A DNA stretch of 64,000 nt, from contig CBFHOE010000003.1 of NCBI GenBank assembly GCA_965657355.1, forward strand, positions 405,520 to 469,519, in the 5' to 3' direction. The translations under genes were made by a program, and so were the position numbers. The DNA comes from Limisphaerales bacterium. GTDB taxonomy: Bacteria > Verrucomicrobiota > Verrucomicrobiia > Limisphaerales > JAJOIW01. The stretch's first letter is position 1, and each line of letters opens with the position of its first letter. The notes below the pieces were generated by a model that made no database searches, was not told the DNA's origin, and saw only the letters and a list, made by a program, of their open reading frames with translations. Positions 1 through 9,218 of this stretch are shown piece by piece.

Positions 1-939
1 GCTGATTTTGAAGTTATCGGTCTTTCAGGCGTTGAGTATGCCCGATATGTACTTGCTCTCGAGGGCAAGAAAAATATGACGTATGAGCCATTTGATGCCC
101 TACACCAAATTTGGGCAGGAGGGCCTGGCAGTGAGCTAGTCCCAGAGGATCAAGACCTCCTTCTCGTATCCCTCACAAATAATGAAATTGGTAATGGCAT
201 TTTCTCCCTCAAAATTACGGATATGGAGCGAAAATGGAACATCAATTCGGCTAACGAGCAAATGCTGGAACAGGCATTCATCCTAATGGGCGTCGATTTT
301 GCTGAAATATCCACATACTCAGCCACTATTCTGGATTGGATGGACCCTGACGAATTGACCAGAGCTGGTGGGGCTGAAATCCAAGATTATCTTGCATTGG
401 ATCCTCCATATGTCTGTAAAGACGGGCCCATGGATGATATTTTTGAGCTGACCCGTGTTATCGGAATCACTCCAGAACTTTTCTGGGGACCATCTTTTGA
501 TCCCGCCCGGCATTCCAATCTTAACGATCCCAATTTTGATCCGATTGGCCTCTCTGACTCCGGAGCAGCCTATTCATACGGCCTCAAAGATATTTTTACA
601 GCCATATCCAGTGGGAGAATCAACGTTAACACAGCACCAGCCCATGTGCTTCAAATGATCCCCGGTATTGATGAGCTAACGGCAATGGAAATTGTGAATC
701 AGCGGGCTGGGCCCGATGGTTTCCCCGGCACTATGGACGATTCTGCATACGCTTCACCCTCCATGTTGCCTGTATTACCCGACGTCATGCAGCTAGCATC
801 ACGATTTCTCACAGTCAGAAGTTTACATTTTATGGTGGAAGTCCAAGTCTCAATAAATGGGATAACTCGAACGTATGAGGGACTCCTAAGAAGAGAAAGT
901 CCTGAAAAAATTGACATCCTTTACCTCAGAAGGCGTTAA
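1..939 (+). CDS. gspK: Type II secretion system minor pseudopilin GspK (5' partial)
   Basis: Frame is open from base 1 (ADFEVIGLSGVEYARY...). Motifs: ITDMERKWNIN, ILDWMDPD, YVCKDGPMDDIFEL, GRINVNTAPAHVLQMIPGID (HhH), TVRSLHFMVEV. Confidence 0.85.
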   Translation, partial: ADFEVIGLSGVEYARYVLALEGKKNMTYEPFDALHQIWAGGPGSELVPEDQDLLLVSLTNNEIGNGIFSLKITDMERKWNINSANEQMLEQAFILMGVDFAEISTYSATILDWMDPDELTRAGGAEIQDYLALDPPYVCKDGPMDDIFELTRVIGITPELFWGPSFDPARHSNLNDPNFDPIGLSDSGAAYSYGLKDIFTAISSGRINVNTAPAHVLQMIPGIDELTAMEIVNQRAGPDGFPGTMDDSAYASPSMLPVLPDVMQLASRFLTVRSLHFMVEVQVSINGITRTYEGLLRRESPEKIDILYLRRR

Positions 940-1079
940 TTTCCCAAGGCATATGCCGAATGAATACTACAGGCAAATCTATCCCTGATGGATGTCGACT
1001 TTTTCACAGCCGCCATGGTGTGGTGTTCAAAAAAGTGAAAAAAAGCTGAAAGATTGGGAGGAGATGTCGGATATTACTA

Positions 1080-1108
1080 TTGACAGGTGATTTCCTGTCT
1101 GAGATATT
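1080..1108 (+). promoter_or_regulatory. Putative sigma70 promoter with overlapping palindromic operator
   Basis: TTGACA (1080-1085)-N17-GATATT (1103-1108) with TG at 1100-1101. Inverted repeat GACAGG-N6-CCTGTC at 1082-1099. Confidence 0.5.
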
Positions 1109-1143
1109 TTAATTACACACGGAAAAACAAAACTATTAAAACC

Positions 1144-1803
1144 ATGAAAATACAAGCGCTTGCTATCACATCATTATTCGTCGCTGTTGGTGCACTACAG
1201 GGACAAGCTCAAGAACAGAGCTCAGCAAATGCAGTAGGTTACGTCAAAAAGACTTTCTCTGCTGGATTTACTCTGTTCAGCAACCCACTCGTAGCTGAAG
1301 ACAACAAAGTTGCCAGCCTCATGCCGGCTCCTGCAGCTGGAACAATTGTCTACAAGTTCAACCCAGCAACTTCTGGATTCGTCGCTAACAGTTACCTCGA
1401 AATCGTTCCTGGTCTTGCTGGATGGCTCGATGATTCTATGACTCTCACTCCTGGAGAAGCTGCCTTCATCAGCGTTCCTGCTGGTCAATCTGTTGATGCT
1501 ATCTTTGTTGGAACTGTTGCACAAGGCGATCTTTCAACAAGCTTTCCTGCAGGTTTCTCATTGATCTCCTCACAGGTTCCTCAGGCTGGTAAAATCTCTG
1601 CCGACCTAGGTCTATCAGTTGACAACGTCAATGCTGTTTACACTTTCGACAACGCATCTCAGGGTTACACCGCTTTCCCTGTAACTGAAATCCCTGGAGT
1701 TGGAACTCTTTTCGACGATCCAGCAATTGCTATCGGTGAAGGTGTCTTCCTCGACGCTTCAGCCGAAGGATCATGGGATCGTTCATTTTCAGTTTCTGAA
1801 TAA
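1144..1803 (+). CDS. Secreted surface protein with internal tandem duplication (SANAVGYV-type)
   Basis: Signal peptide MKIQALAITSLFVAVGALQGQA. Two similar halves (AGFTLFS..VYKFN..PGEAAFI and AGFSLIS..VYTFD..IGEGVFL). Strong codon bias. ATG 1144 preferred over GTG 1087. Confidence 0.8.
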   Translation: MKIQALAITSLFVAVGALQGQAQEQSSANAVGYVKKTFSAGFTLFSNPLVAEDNKVASLMPAPAAGTIVYKFNPATSGFVANSYLEIVPGLAGWLDDSMTLTPGEAAFISVPAGQSVDAIFVGTVAQGDLSTSFPAGFSLISSQVPQAGKISADLGLSVDNVNAVYTFDNASQGYTAFPVTEIPGVGTLFDDPAIAIGEGVFLDASAEGSWDRSFSVSE

Positions 1804-1849
1804 TTTTACTTGATCGGATTTTAATCTCGTAATATAAAACAACCCTAGT

Positions 1850-2365
1850 ATGAAAAAACTACTCATCGGACTAACATCACTTGTTCTAGCAACTGGAGCT
1901 TTCGCTCAAGATGCTAATGTTAACTTCAGTAACGCCCTCGGCGGAGATCCAACTCCTGTTACTGCGGACGGAGTCACTGCCGGCGCTGACTGGACTGCTG
2001 AACTCGTTGTTGGCGGAGCTACACTCGGTTCTGGTGCTCTTCTATCTATTGGCGGAACACCTACTGGTATCTTCAACCTCGGCGAAGTTGCTATCCCAGG
2101 TAACTCTGGAACTGAAGCTGAAATGACTATCAACGTATACAAAACTGAGTTTGGTAGCGTTGGTGGAACACCTGTTGGTGAATCTTACTTCACATCAACA
2201 TTCACTCACACTCCTTCAGCTGTAACAACTCCTCCAACTCCTGCTGCTGGTCTAGCTGGTTCTATCGACTCTTTTTCTCTTGAAACTGTAGTTCCTGAAC
2301 CAACAGCTATCGCTCTTGCACTCGTTGGTGCTGGTGTATTCGCCGCTCGTCGTCGTCGCGCCTAA
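1850..2365 (+). CDS. PEP-CTERM sorting domain protein
   Basis: Signal peptide ending GAFA-Q. C-terminus VPEPTAIALALVGAGVFAARRRRA is PEP + TM helix + Arg cluster. Confidence 0.95.
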   Translation: MKKLLIGLTSLVLATGAFAQDANVNFSNALGGDPTPVTADGVTAGADWTAELVVGGATLGSGALLSIGGTPTGIFNLGEVAIPGNSGTEAEMTINVYKTEFGSVGGTPVGESYFTSTFTHTPSAVTTPPTPAAGLAGSIDSFSLETVVPEPTAIALALVGAGVFAARRRRA

Positions 2366-2390
2366 GCTGAGTTAAAATTACTATTTCCCG

Positions 2391-2418
2391 AACCGCCCAC
2401 TATGGGCGGTTTTTTTTA
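2391..2418 (+). terminator. Rho-independent terminator
   Basis: AACCGCCCA-CTA-TGGGCGGTT followed by a T run, after the PEP-CTERM gene. Confidence 0.9.
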
Positions 2419-2809
2419 TATTTTTGTTCCGTTGGGTATGGATCCCTTTTTTGAAATCTATAACTCTTAAGTATGGAACAAATTAACTTCGGTATGCCTT
2501 TCTATTATCGATCTCAGATACTCTTTTTTTAATATTTCTAGCGATAAGTTAGCCAAAGTTTATATACGCATTTCCTTTTGCCATATTTCGAGCTACGAGC
2601 CTTTGGATTAAAAAAAGAAAAGCACTATGTTAGAAAAGCTTTGGTGAAGATTTTTTGAAAATTTTTAAATTTCAAAGAAGAGATCTACTCAACTTTGGCA
2701 AAAAAGATTTATGCGACCCTCCAATTTGAATGCAGTCTCCTAAAATCTGCCGTTAGTGTGCAAAAAGACTTGGTTGGATTGTTTAATTGAATGAGAATGA
2801 ACAGTAGAA

Positions 2810-3175
2810 ATGGGACCATTTCAAATTATTTTTAATAAAGTTAGCTCAAGTGAACTGGCGTCTTTGTCCAAACAGATGCAACTTCAAATTCTTGGTAATT
2901 TTAGGGGCTTGCCAGAGGAGGCTATGACGACAGACCTGGGCCAATACGGACAACTTAGTAGGGAAGGGAGAGTTTTATATAGATTTAGAATCTCAGATTA
3001 TAGGATCTATTTTGAAAGGCATCACCTTGGTATTCAAGTTGTTCGAATACTGAACAAAAATACGCTGAAGGATTTTCTTTACCGCAGCAGTCTTCCGGTC
3101 CCTGAAGACCGCCAGCTTGAATCAAACCCGGAATTCTGGAAACTCATGGAAGTTTCTCATAGCGAAACGAGTTGA
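2810..3175 (+). CDS. RelE/ParE-fold protein, no adjacent antitoxin
   Basis: N-terminal FQIIFN..ELASL and LYRFRISDYRIYF match the RelE-family signature. About 30 aa C-terminal extension. Confidence 0.7.
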   Translation: MGPFQIIFNKVSSSELASLSKQMQLQILGNFRGLPEEAMTTDLGQYGQLSREGRVLYRFRISDYRIYFERHHLGIQVVRILNKNTLKDFLYRSSLPVPEDRQLESNPEFWKLMEVSHSETS

Positions 3176-3194
3176 TTAGATTGCTAATTAAACC

Positions 3195-3223
3195 TTGAAA
3201 ATTGATTAAACCTCAACTATTTT
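3195..3223 (+). promoter_or_regulatory. Putative sigma70 promoter of infC
   Basis: TTGAAA (3195-3200)-N17-TATTTT (3218-3223). Confidence 0.45.
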
Positions 3224-3278
3224 CCAAATATGCCGCAAAAATGCATAGTTATATCGCATTGAGGCATTTTACTAACAC

Positions 3279-4022
3279 ATTAAAGTTTTGAGTCCATATC
3301 CGAGACGAAATTATTACAGAGGTCCAAGGACCCGAATTAACGAGCGAATTAGAGCACGAGAAGTACGTGTTATCGGCCCCGACGGTAACCAAGTTGGAGT
3401 CATGAGTTCCCAAGAAGCAGTCGCTCTTGCCAAGCGGTATGGAGTGGATCTCGTGGAGATAGCCTCCACGGCGAAGCCTCCCGTATGTCGGATTGTTGAT
3501 TACGGCAAATATCAATATGAACAATCCAAAAAGCAAAAAGAGCAAAAGAAGCATCAGCATTCTAATAAACTCAAAGAGGTCCAGCTTAGCCCTGTGATTG
3601 ATCCCCACGATTATGGCTACAAATTAGATCGAGCTAAACAGTTTCTCTCCGAGGACATGAAGGTTAAGGTCTCGCTTCGATTTAAGGGGCGTCAAATGGC
3701 CCACACCGAGGTAGGCTTCGAAGTTGTAAAAAACTTCATCAACGATATTGAATCATTTGCTCAGCCCGACTCAAGGCCGAAGCTCGTTGGAAGAGCCATA
3801 AATTTTGTTCTCTCGCCCTTGCCCAAGAATAAACGTGCGAAATATGAAGGAAAAGGTGGGGAAAAGCAGCTCGAAGAGGACGAAGGCACAGAAACTACAT
3901 CTGTGGATGGGGAAGAAAACCAGAAAAGCTCTAACCAAGAAGAGGCACCTCGTAAAAAACCAGTAAAGCAAGGTTCCGCTCGTGCATTTACAAATTCGGT
4001 TTTAGAGGATATAGACCTTTAA
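3279..4022 (+). CDS. infC: Translation initiation factor IF-3
   Basis: RINERIRAREVRVIG, DLVEIA, PPVCRIVDYGKYQYE, KVKVSLRFKGRQ. Start is non-ATG (in-frame ATT 3279 or TTG 3288), with an in-frame TAA at 3273. Confidence 0.97.
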   Translation: MKVLSPYPRRNYYRGPRTRINERIRAREVRVIGPDGNQVGVMSSQEAVALAKRYGVDLVEIASTAKPPVCRIVDYGKYQYEQSKKQKEQKKHQHSNKLKEVQLSPVIDPHDYGYKLDRAKQFLSEDMKVKVSLRFKGRQMAHTEVGFEVVKNFINDIESFAQPDSRPKLVGRAINFVLSPLPKNKRAKYEGKGGEKQLEEDEGTETTSVDGEENQKSSNQEEAPRKKPVKQGSARAFTNSVLEDIDL

Positions 4023-4180
4023 AATTTACATTTTATAGAAGAGCTCTTCCTACTCTTTTCCAATTATTATTATATACTGAGGCTACGGCTCACAGTCCGA
4101 AAGTATCACTTGGGCCTCCTGTTTATTTAGTTCTGTGAGAATCTTGCAGAGCCTTTGGATTCTATCACGATAAGGATCAA

Positions 4181-5167
4181 CTACGGGTTCTTTGAGTTTT
4201 CAAAGACCTGCCAGAATTGAGCAGGGCTCATCCTGGTTTCGAATGTCGTGCCAATTTCCTTTAAAAAAGGCATTGATTTGACTTCCTCCAGTCCTTTGTG
4301 GATTCTCTCCGGTGAAAAAATGAGTCGTTCGAGTCTAAGTGATTGGATTGGCGTGAGGTCGGTGACATTGGATTCCCCGATGTGTAGCCGGCGAATATTT
4401 GTTCCAATCAATGGTTCCAAATCCTTAGTCGGGGTCCGGTGTAAAGTGAGGCTAACGATTGGGCATGCAATGAGGGGCGTTAAATCTGAGACCAATGTCT
4501 CGCTGAGCCATATCATTTGAATTGGAGACCTGGCTAAGGGTAATAAGTTAGAGATTCCGGTCCCAACCGCGTTAAATTCAACTAATGGCATATCTATCAG
4601 AGGGGTCAAATCCTTAACGGGGCTGTTACTGATATACAGCTGCTTTAAAGGGAGCCCATAGATTGGGCCCAAATCCGAGACGTTGGTTCTTTCTATAAAC
4701 AATACCTGAAGAGATTTTTTCCCAGCCAAAGCCGAAAGGTCTGAAACAGGATTAGCCATGAGATCTAGACTTTGCAGAGGCCAATTTTTTAGAAATTCAA
4801 TATTCGAGATTCCGGCTTCCGGAAATTGCGCCTGAATGACCTCCCCTTTTTCATTGAGACCAAATTGGCCGTTTCCATTGTATTGTGGATTTGTTTTTTT
4901 AACCAAAGAATGGATTTCTCCAACATTTTTAAACCTAGCTGGAGCTTGGGGAGGTTCAGGCGGAGCCGCCGATTCAATATTTTCTAGCTTCTGAGATGAA
5001 GGTGCATTGACACTCTTTTCAATCTCTTGCGTTTTAGTCTGGGAATCTGATTCCTTAGATATGTTAGGCAGAGTTGATGAGCTTTTTTCAGCATCGCAAC
5101 CCGCCACCGAAAATAATGAAAGAATGAGAATACCCAGTAAGTATGATTTGTTTCTTAGATCAACCAC
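4181..5167 (-). CDS. Leucine-rich repeat lipoprotein
   Basis: Lipobox-like VAGC. Repeated ~21-aa LxxLxLxxxxVSDLxPL units. C-terminal MSPAQFW. Confidence 0.85.
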   Translation of the reverse strand: MVDLRNKSYLLGILILSLFSVAGCDAEKSSSTLPNISKESDSQTKTQEIEKSVNAPSSQKLENIESAAPPEPPQAPARFKNVGEIHSLVKKTNPQYNGNGQFGLNEKGEVIQAQFPEAGISNIEFLKNWPLQSLDLMANPVSDLSALAGKKSLQVLFIERTNVSDLGPIYGLPLKQLYISNSPVKDLTPLIDMPLVEFNAVGTGISNLLPLARSPIQMIWLSETLVSDLTPLIACPIVSLTLHRTPTKDLEPLIGTNIRRLHIGESNVTDLTPIQSLRLERLIFSPERIHKGLEEVKSMPFLKEIGTTFETRMSPAQFWQVFENSKNP

Positions 5168-5291
5168 GTCTGGGGCATCATGCCTTAATAAAGGCCAAAA
5201 ATCTAGGCGATTTCCACTCAGAGGGTCATCGTTTTTAAAACGCCGAACGGATTAAGGTCTTCCGGTCTAATCTATTCAATTTCCTTTTATT

Positions 5292-6662
5292 TCAGACTTC
5301 CCAGCCTTTTCTGTAGGCTCTTTTAATCAGAGATGCCGCCCCTGGAGAGTTTGTTGAAGATAGATTTCGACCATTCCAATCCACCTTCTTATTTAATCGA
5401 ATAGCCAAGTTACCAAGAAGGACTGTCTCTGTGAGGCGGCCCGAATACTCGAAACGCGACAGAGCTTCCCCGCTTTTTCCAAGACAGGCATCAACCCATT
5501 CCTGGTCTTCATTTTTTACTCGAGGAATAGATTTTATGGGCTTTTTCCAGTCTTTTAATAAATCGGACGGGGTTGTTTTCCAATTCATACCCCCGCGCTG
5601 AAAGTAGAGTTTTCCTCTATCTCCTACTATTATGGATTCAAATTGCTTAGAGAGCTGTTGCTGCGTGAGTCCTGACTCCTGGTAAACAGATTTATCAGGT
5701 CTGTTATCTCCATCATACCAATGAAATTTGAGCGCATCGGAATATGGTCCTCTTGGGAATTTGTAAGTCACAACCGAAGCGTTCGGGCCGGCATACTCTG
5801 AATTTCCTCTGGAGCTAGCGGAGACCGAAATCGGATCGCCCAGGTCGAGAGCCCAGTAAGGCATATCCATAATATGACAGCCCATGTCGCCAAGTGCACC
5901 AGTCCCGTAATCCCACCATCCACGCCAACTGAAAGGGAGATATTTTGAACTGTAAGGTGTCTCTGGGGCTGGTCCCAGCCAAAGATCCCAATCCAACCCT
6001 TTTTCAATTTTTTGGCCTGCGGGGCGTGATTTCATTCCTTGCGCCCAGATTGGCCTATTCGTCCAGCAATGAACTTCCTTTACTCTTCCCAGTAGCCCGG
6101 ATCGAATATACTCAACAGCTCTTCGAATAGGTTCTCCTGCATGGGCTTGATTCCCCATTTGAGTCCTTACCTTATGTTTCCTTGCAAGTAAACGTAGTTC
6201 CCGAGCTTCCCAAATGCTGTGGGTCAATGGTTTTTGGCAATAAACATGTTTCCCCATCATAATGGCCATCCGGGCTGGGTGAAAGTGGGTGTGATCTGGA
6301 GTTGAAATCGAGACGGCATCAATTTCAGAGTCCATAGACTCGAGCATTTTTCTAAAGTCTCGAAAGAACTTAGCTTTAGGAAAATTTAGCGTATGGTCCT
6401 TATTTCCTTTTTTGACTCTTCTTTTATCATGAACATCACACAAGGCCACAATGTGTCCACCCGCTCCAGCGATACCTCTTACATCCGAAAAGCCTTTGCC
6501 TCCAATGCCAATAGACGCAACTTGTAACCTGCTGTTTGCCCCAAAAGTTGATTTGGGAAAAAAGTTAAATGCAAATGCAGAAGCTACCAAGGACTTTGAG
6601 AAATCTCTTCGGCTAATGGAACCAGCATAAGTTTTTCGATACTTTTTTCGGTTTGGAGACAT
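5292..6662 (-). CDS. Gfo/Idh/MocA family NAD(P)-dependent oxidoreductase, Tat-exported
   Basis: SRRDF twin-Arg signal, IGIGGKG, ISTPDHTH, HVYCQKP, WDLWLGPAP, GALGDMGCH. Confidence 0.93.
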   Translation of the reverse strand: MSPNRKKYRKTYAGSISRRDFSKSLVASAFAFNFFPKSTFGANSRLQVASIGIGGKGFSDVRGIAGAGGHIVALCDVHDKRRVKKGNKDHTLNFPKAKFFRDFRKMLESMDSEIDAVSISTPDHTHFHPARMAIMMGKHVYCQKPLTHSIWEARELRLLARKHKVRTQMGNQAHAGEPIRRAVEYIRSGLLGRVKEVHCWTNRPIWAQGMKSRPAGQKIEKGLDWDLWLGPAPETPYSSKYLPFSWRGWWDYGTGALGDMGCHIMDMPYWALDLGDPISVSASSRGNSEYAGPNASVVTYKFPRGPYSDALKFHWYDGDNRPDKSVYQESGLTQQQLSKQFESIIVGDRGKLYFQRGGMNWKTTPSDLLKDWKKPIKSIPRVKNEDQEWVDACLGKSGEALSRFEYSGRLTETVLLGNLAIRLNKKVDWNGRNLSSTNSPGAASLIKRAYRKGWEV

Positions 6663-7439
6663 GTTTTAAAAGTATCAAAGGTGCAAGGGATATTCCATAA
6701 ACAATTTTAGCTAACTTCCCCATTAATAGTTTTGCCATTATCAAAAAGAATCGATCCCTTCTTTTAGATTTATGAGAAAGCGTTTGACCATTTATACATT
6801 TTTTTAAGAATGAAAGCGCATCTTTCAAAATGGAGATATGGCTGAAGCAAAATTTTGATCAGATGTTGAATATTGAAGACTTATCTATTTACCAATTGGT
6901 CATAGTATTTCAGGCCATTTAAGGCATACTGAAATGTCATTCACATGGGTTTTGGATTTATTTCCCGCTGCTATGTCAGGAAGTGCAGCGCTGCATTTTT
7001 AATTTACAGATTTATTCAATCTTTAAAATGATTGCGGGGCCTTGATTCAGTTACTGCTCTTTTTTTAGTTTTTTCCAAGATTGGGTGTCCATCAATCTAA
7101 TGGCGCCCATGGCTCATTTAAAAAGAGAATTGTGAGATCCCCCTAAGGAAGAATGAAATGGGTTTATTTTAGTCATGGCTTGAGACTGATGAATGATGTG
7201 ACAATTATCGACAGGAAGCCTTATGAGTGAGCGGCTCCTCAGCCAGTGAGCGGCCAAAGTCTTGGGCGTGTAAGACTTCAGGAAATCCTTTCCTAGAGCA
7301 AGCTTCATACTGGAATCGAAATCTATCAAAGTGAGATCATAACGCAATTTAATTGTCCGGCTTTTAGGCACTTTTAATTCCCTTTCCCGTAATCAACGAT
7401 TTTTTCGATTATTGCCACAGAGTCCAATCAGGATTACAA

Positions 7440-9125
7440 ATGGGAATGCCCTTGATAGATCTAAAATGTATAGAATTCTTTACGGAATATGCGGTGAGTT
7501 ATTCCAAAACTCTCATCCGATCTTTTCTTTTTGTAAGCGGCCTGATGATTTCTTTAATTTCAAATGCTCAGGGTGAGAGACCGAATATACTTTTAGCGAT
7601 AAGCGACGATCAAAGCTGGGTGGATGCATCAGCATACGGAGGCCGAATGGTCGAAACTCCACATTTCGATTCAGTAGCCAAAACGGGAGTATTGATGATG
7701 CAGGCTTTTGCTGCCTCTCCAGGATGCAGTCCAAGCAGGGCAAGCTTATTAACAGGTAGGCACACTTGGATGATTGAAGAAGCTGGCACCCACGCTAGTT
7801 ATTTCCAATCTCGATACAAGGTATTCCCAGACCTACTTGAGGAAAATGATTATTATATAGGCTATACTGGAAAAGGGTGGGGGCCTGGAGATTGGAAATC
7901 GAGTGGGCGCTCACGTAATCCAGCGGGCCCCAATTTCAGAGGTAAAGCGGAAGGTGGGCAATCATCTTACGTGAATGCCTTTTCGAATTTTTTGTCGGAG
8001 CGAAAGTTGAAATCTAAAGAATCAAAGACCAAACAGCCATTTTTCTTTTGGTTCGGAAGTCATGATCCTCACCGGTCATTTGCTAAGGGATCTGGCAGAA
8101 AATCTGGTATGAAACTGGAAGATGCTCACGTCCCAAAATTTCTTCCTGATACAGATGAGATAAGAGAAGACCTTTTAGACTATGCATTTGAGATTCAAAG
8201 ATTCGATCATGATCTCGGAGAAATGATTGAGCTTATCCGTAAAGATGGAGCATTGGAGAATACCTTAATAATAGTGACCTCAGACAATGGCATGGCCTTC
8301 CCCAGGGCAAAAGCCAACTGTTATGAATATGGAATCCACATGCCACTCGCCATTTCATGGCCAGCTCGAATCAAAGGTGATAGAAGTATCAGCGACCTTG
8401 TTGGGTTCGTTGATTTAACATCCACAATCCTCGATGCAGCAAATGTTCCAATGCCGCCCGATTTAGGTATGTCGGGAAGAAGCTTTTTGAATGTTTTGAT
8501 ATCCAACAAAAGTGGGAAAGTTGATTCTTCAAGATCGGCTGTTTATTCTGCCCGTGAAAGGCATAGCTCATCCAGGTTTAATTCTTTAGGCTATCCCCAA
8601 AGGTGTATTCGAACTCAGAAGTTTCTCTATATAATCAACTTCAAACCGGAACGCTGGCCAGCTGGCCCAGCGCAAAAATTTAATAAAGCCAGATATGATG
8701 CAAGTGGAGGATTAGTGTCATCTTCACTAGGCCCATCTCATGGTGGCTATCATGACATTGATGCCTGTCCATCACTCTCATTTCTTATTCAAAATCGCAA
8801 TCATTCCAAGTTTGGGCGTTATCTAGAACTCGCTGTTGGTAAAAGGCCCGAAGAAGAACTTTATGACATTAAGAATGATCCTGACTGCCTCAACAATTTA
8901 GTAACAAATAAAGCCTATAATAGAATTAAGTCTCAATTGAGATCACGACTTTGGAACTATCTCTATGAAACTGGTGATCCCCGTGTGAAAGGAAATGGTG
9001 ACATCTGGGAAACTTATCCGAGGGTTTCTAGCATGAGGTGGTTTCCGCAACCCGATTGGGTTGGAAAAAAAGGATACCACCTCCCTGAGATGCGGTGGCT
9101 TGAATCTCGCCGCCCTAAAAAATAA
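7440..9125 (+). CDS. Cys-type (formylglycine) S1 sulfatase, N-sulfoglucosamine sulfohydrolase-like
   Basis: RPNILLAISDD, CSPSRASLLTGR, GYTGKGWGPG, HDPHR, TSDNG, EELYD. The true start may be further downstream. Confidence 0.93.
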   Translation: MGMPLIDLKCIEFFTEYAVSYSKTLIRSFLFVSGLMISLISNAQGERPNILLAISDDQSWVDASAYGGRMVETPHFDSVAKTGVLMMQAFAASPGCSPSRASLLTGRHTWMIEEAGTHASYFQSRYKVFPDLLEENDYYIGYTGKGWGPGDWKSSGRSRNPAGPNFRGKAEGGQSSYVNAFSNFLSERKLKSKESKTKQPFFFWFGSHDPHRSFAKGSGRKSGMKLEDAHVPKFLPDTDEIREDLLDYAFEIQRFDHDLGEMIELIRKDGALENTLIIVTSDNGMAFPRAKANCYEYGIHMPLAISWPARIKGDRSISDLVGFVDLTSTILDAANVPMPPDLGMSGRSFLNVLISNKSGKVDSSRSAVYSARERHSSSRFNSLGYPQRCIRTQKFLYIINFKPERWPAGPAQKFNKARYDASGGLVSSSLGPSHGGYHDIDACPSLSFLIQNRNHSKFGRYLELAVGKRPEEELYDIKNDPDCLNNLVTNKAYNRIKSQLRSRLWNYLYETGDPRVKGNGDIWETYPRVSSMRWFPQPDWVGKKGYHLPEMRWLESRRPKK

Positions 9126-9218
9126 TTCAATAATTTTAAGATATTTGTGTTTCTTTGCCTTGAATGAGCTTGGGTATAAGCGTTGTTGATTTACCTCGGT
9201 TATTTAGTTTTTGAATCT

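Noticed and set aside
4181..5167. LRR periodicity as a DNA repeat array or CRISPR
   Set aside because: The repeats are degenerate and at protein level within a CDS. No identical DNA repeats with spacers and no cas genes were seen.
7114..7371. 85-aa minus-strand ORF in the intergenic region
   Set aside because: No recognisable motif and an atypical composition, so it cannot be supported as a gene.
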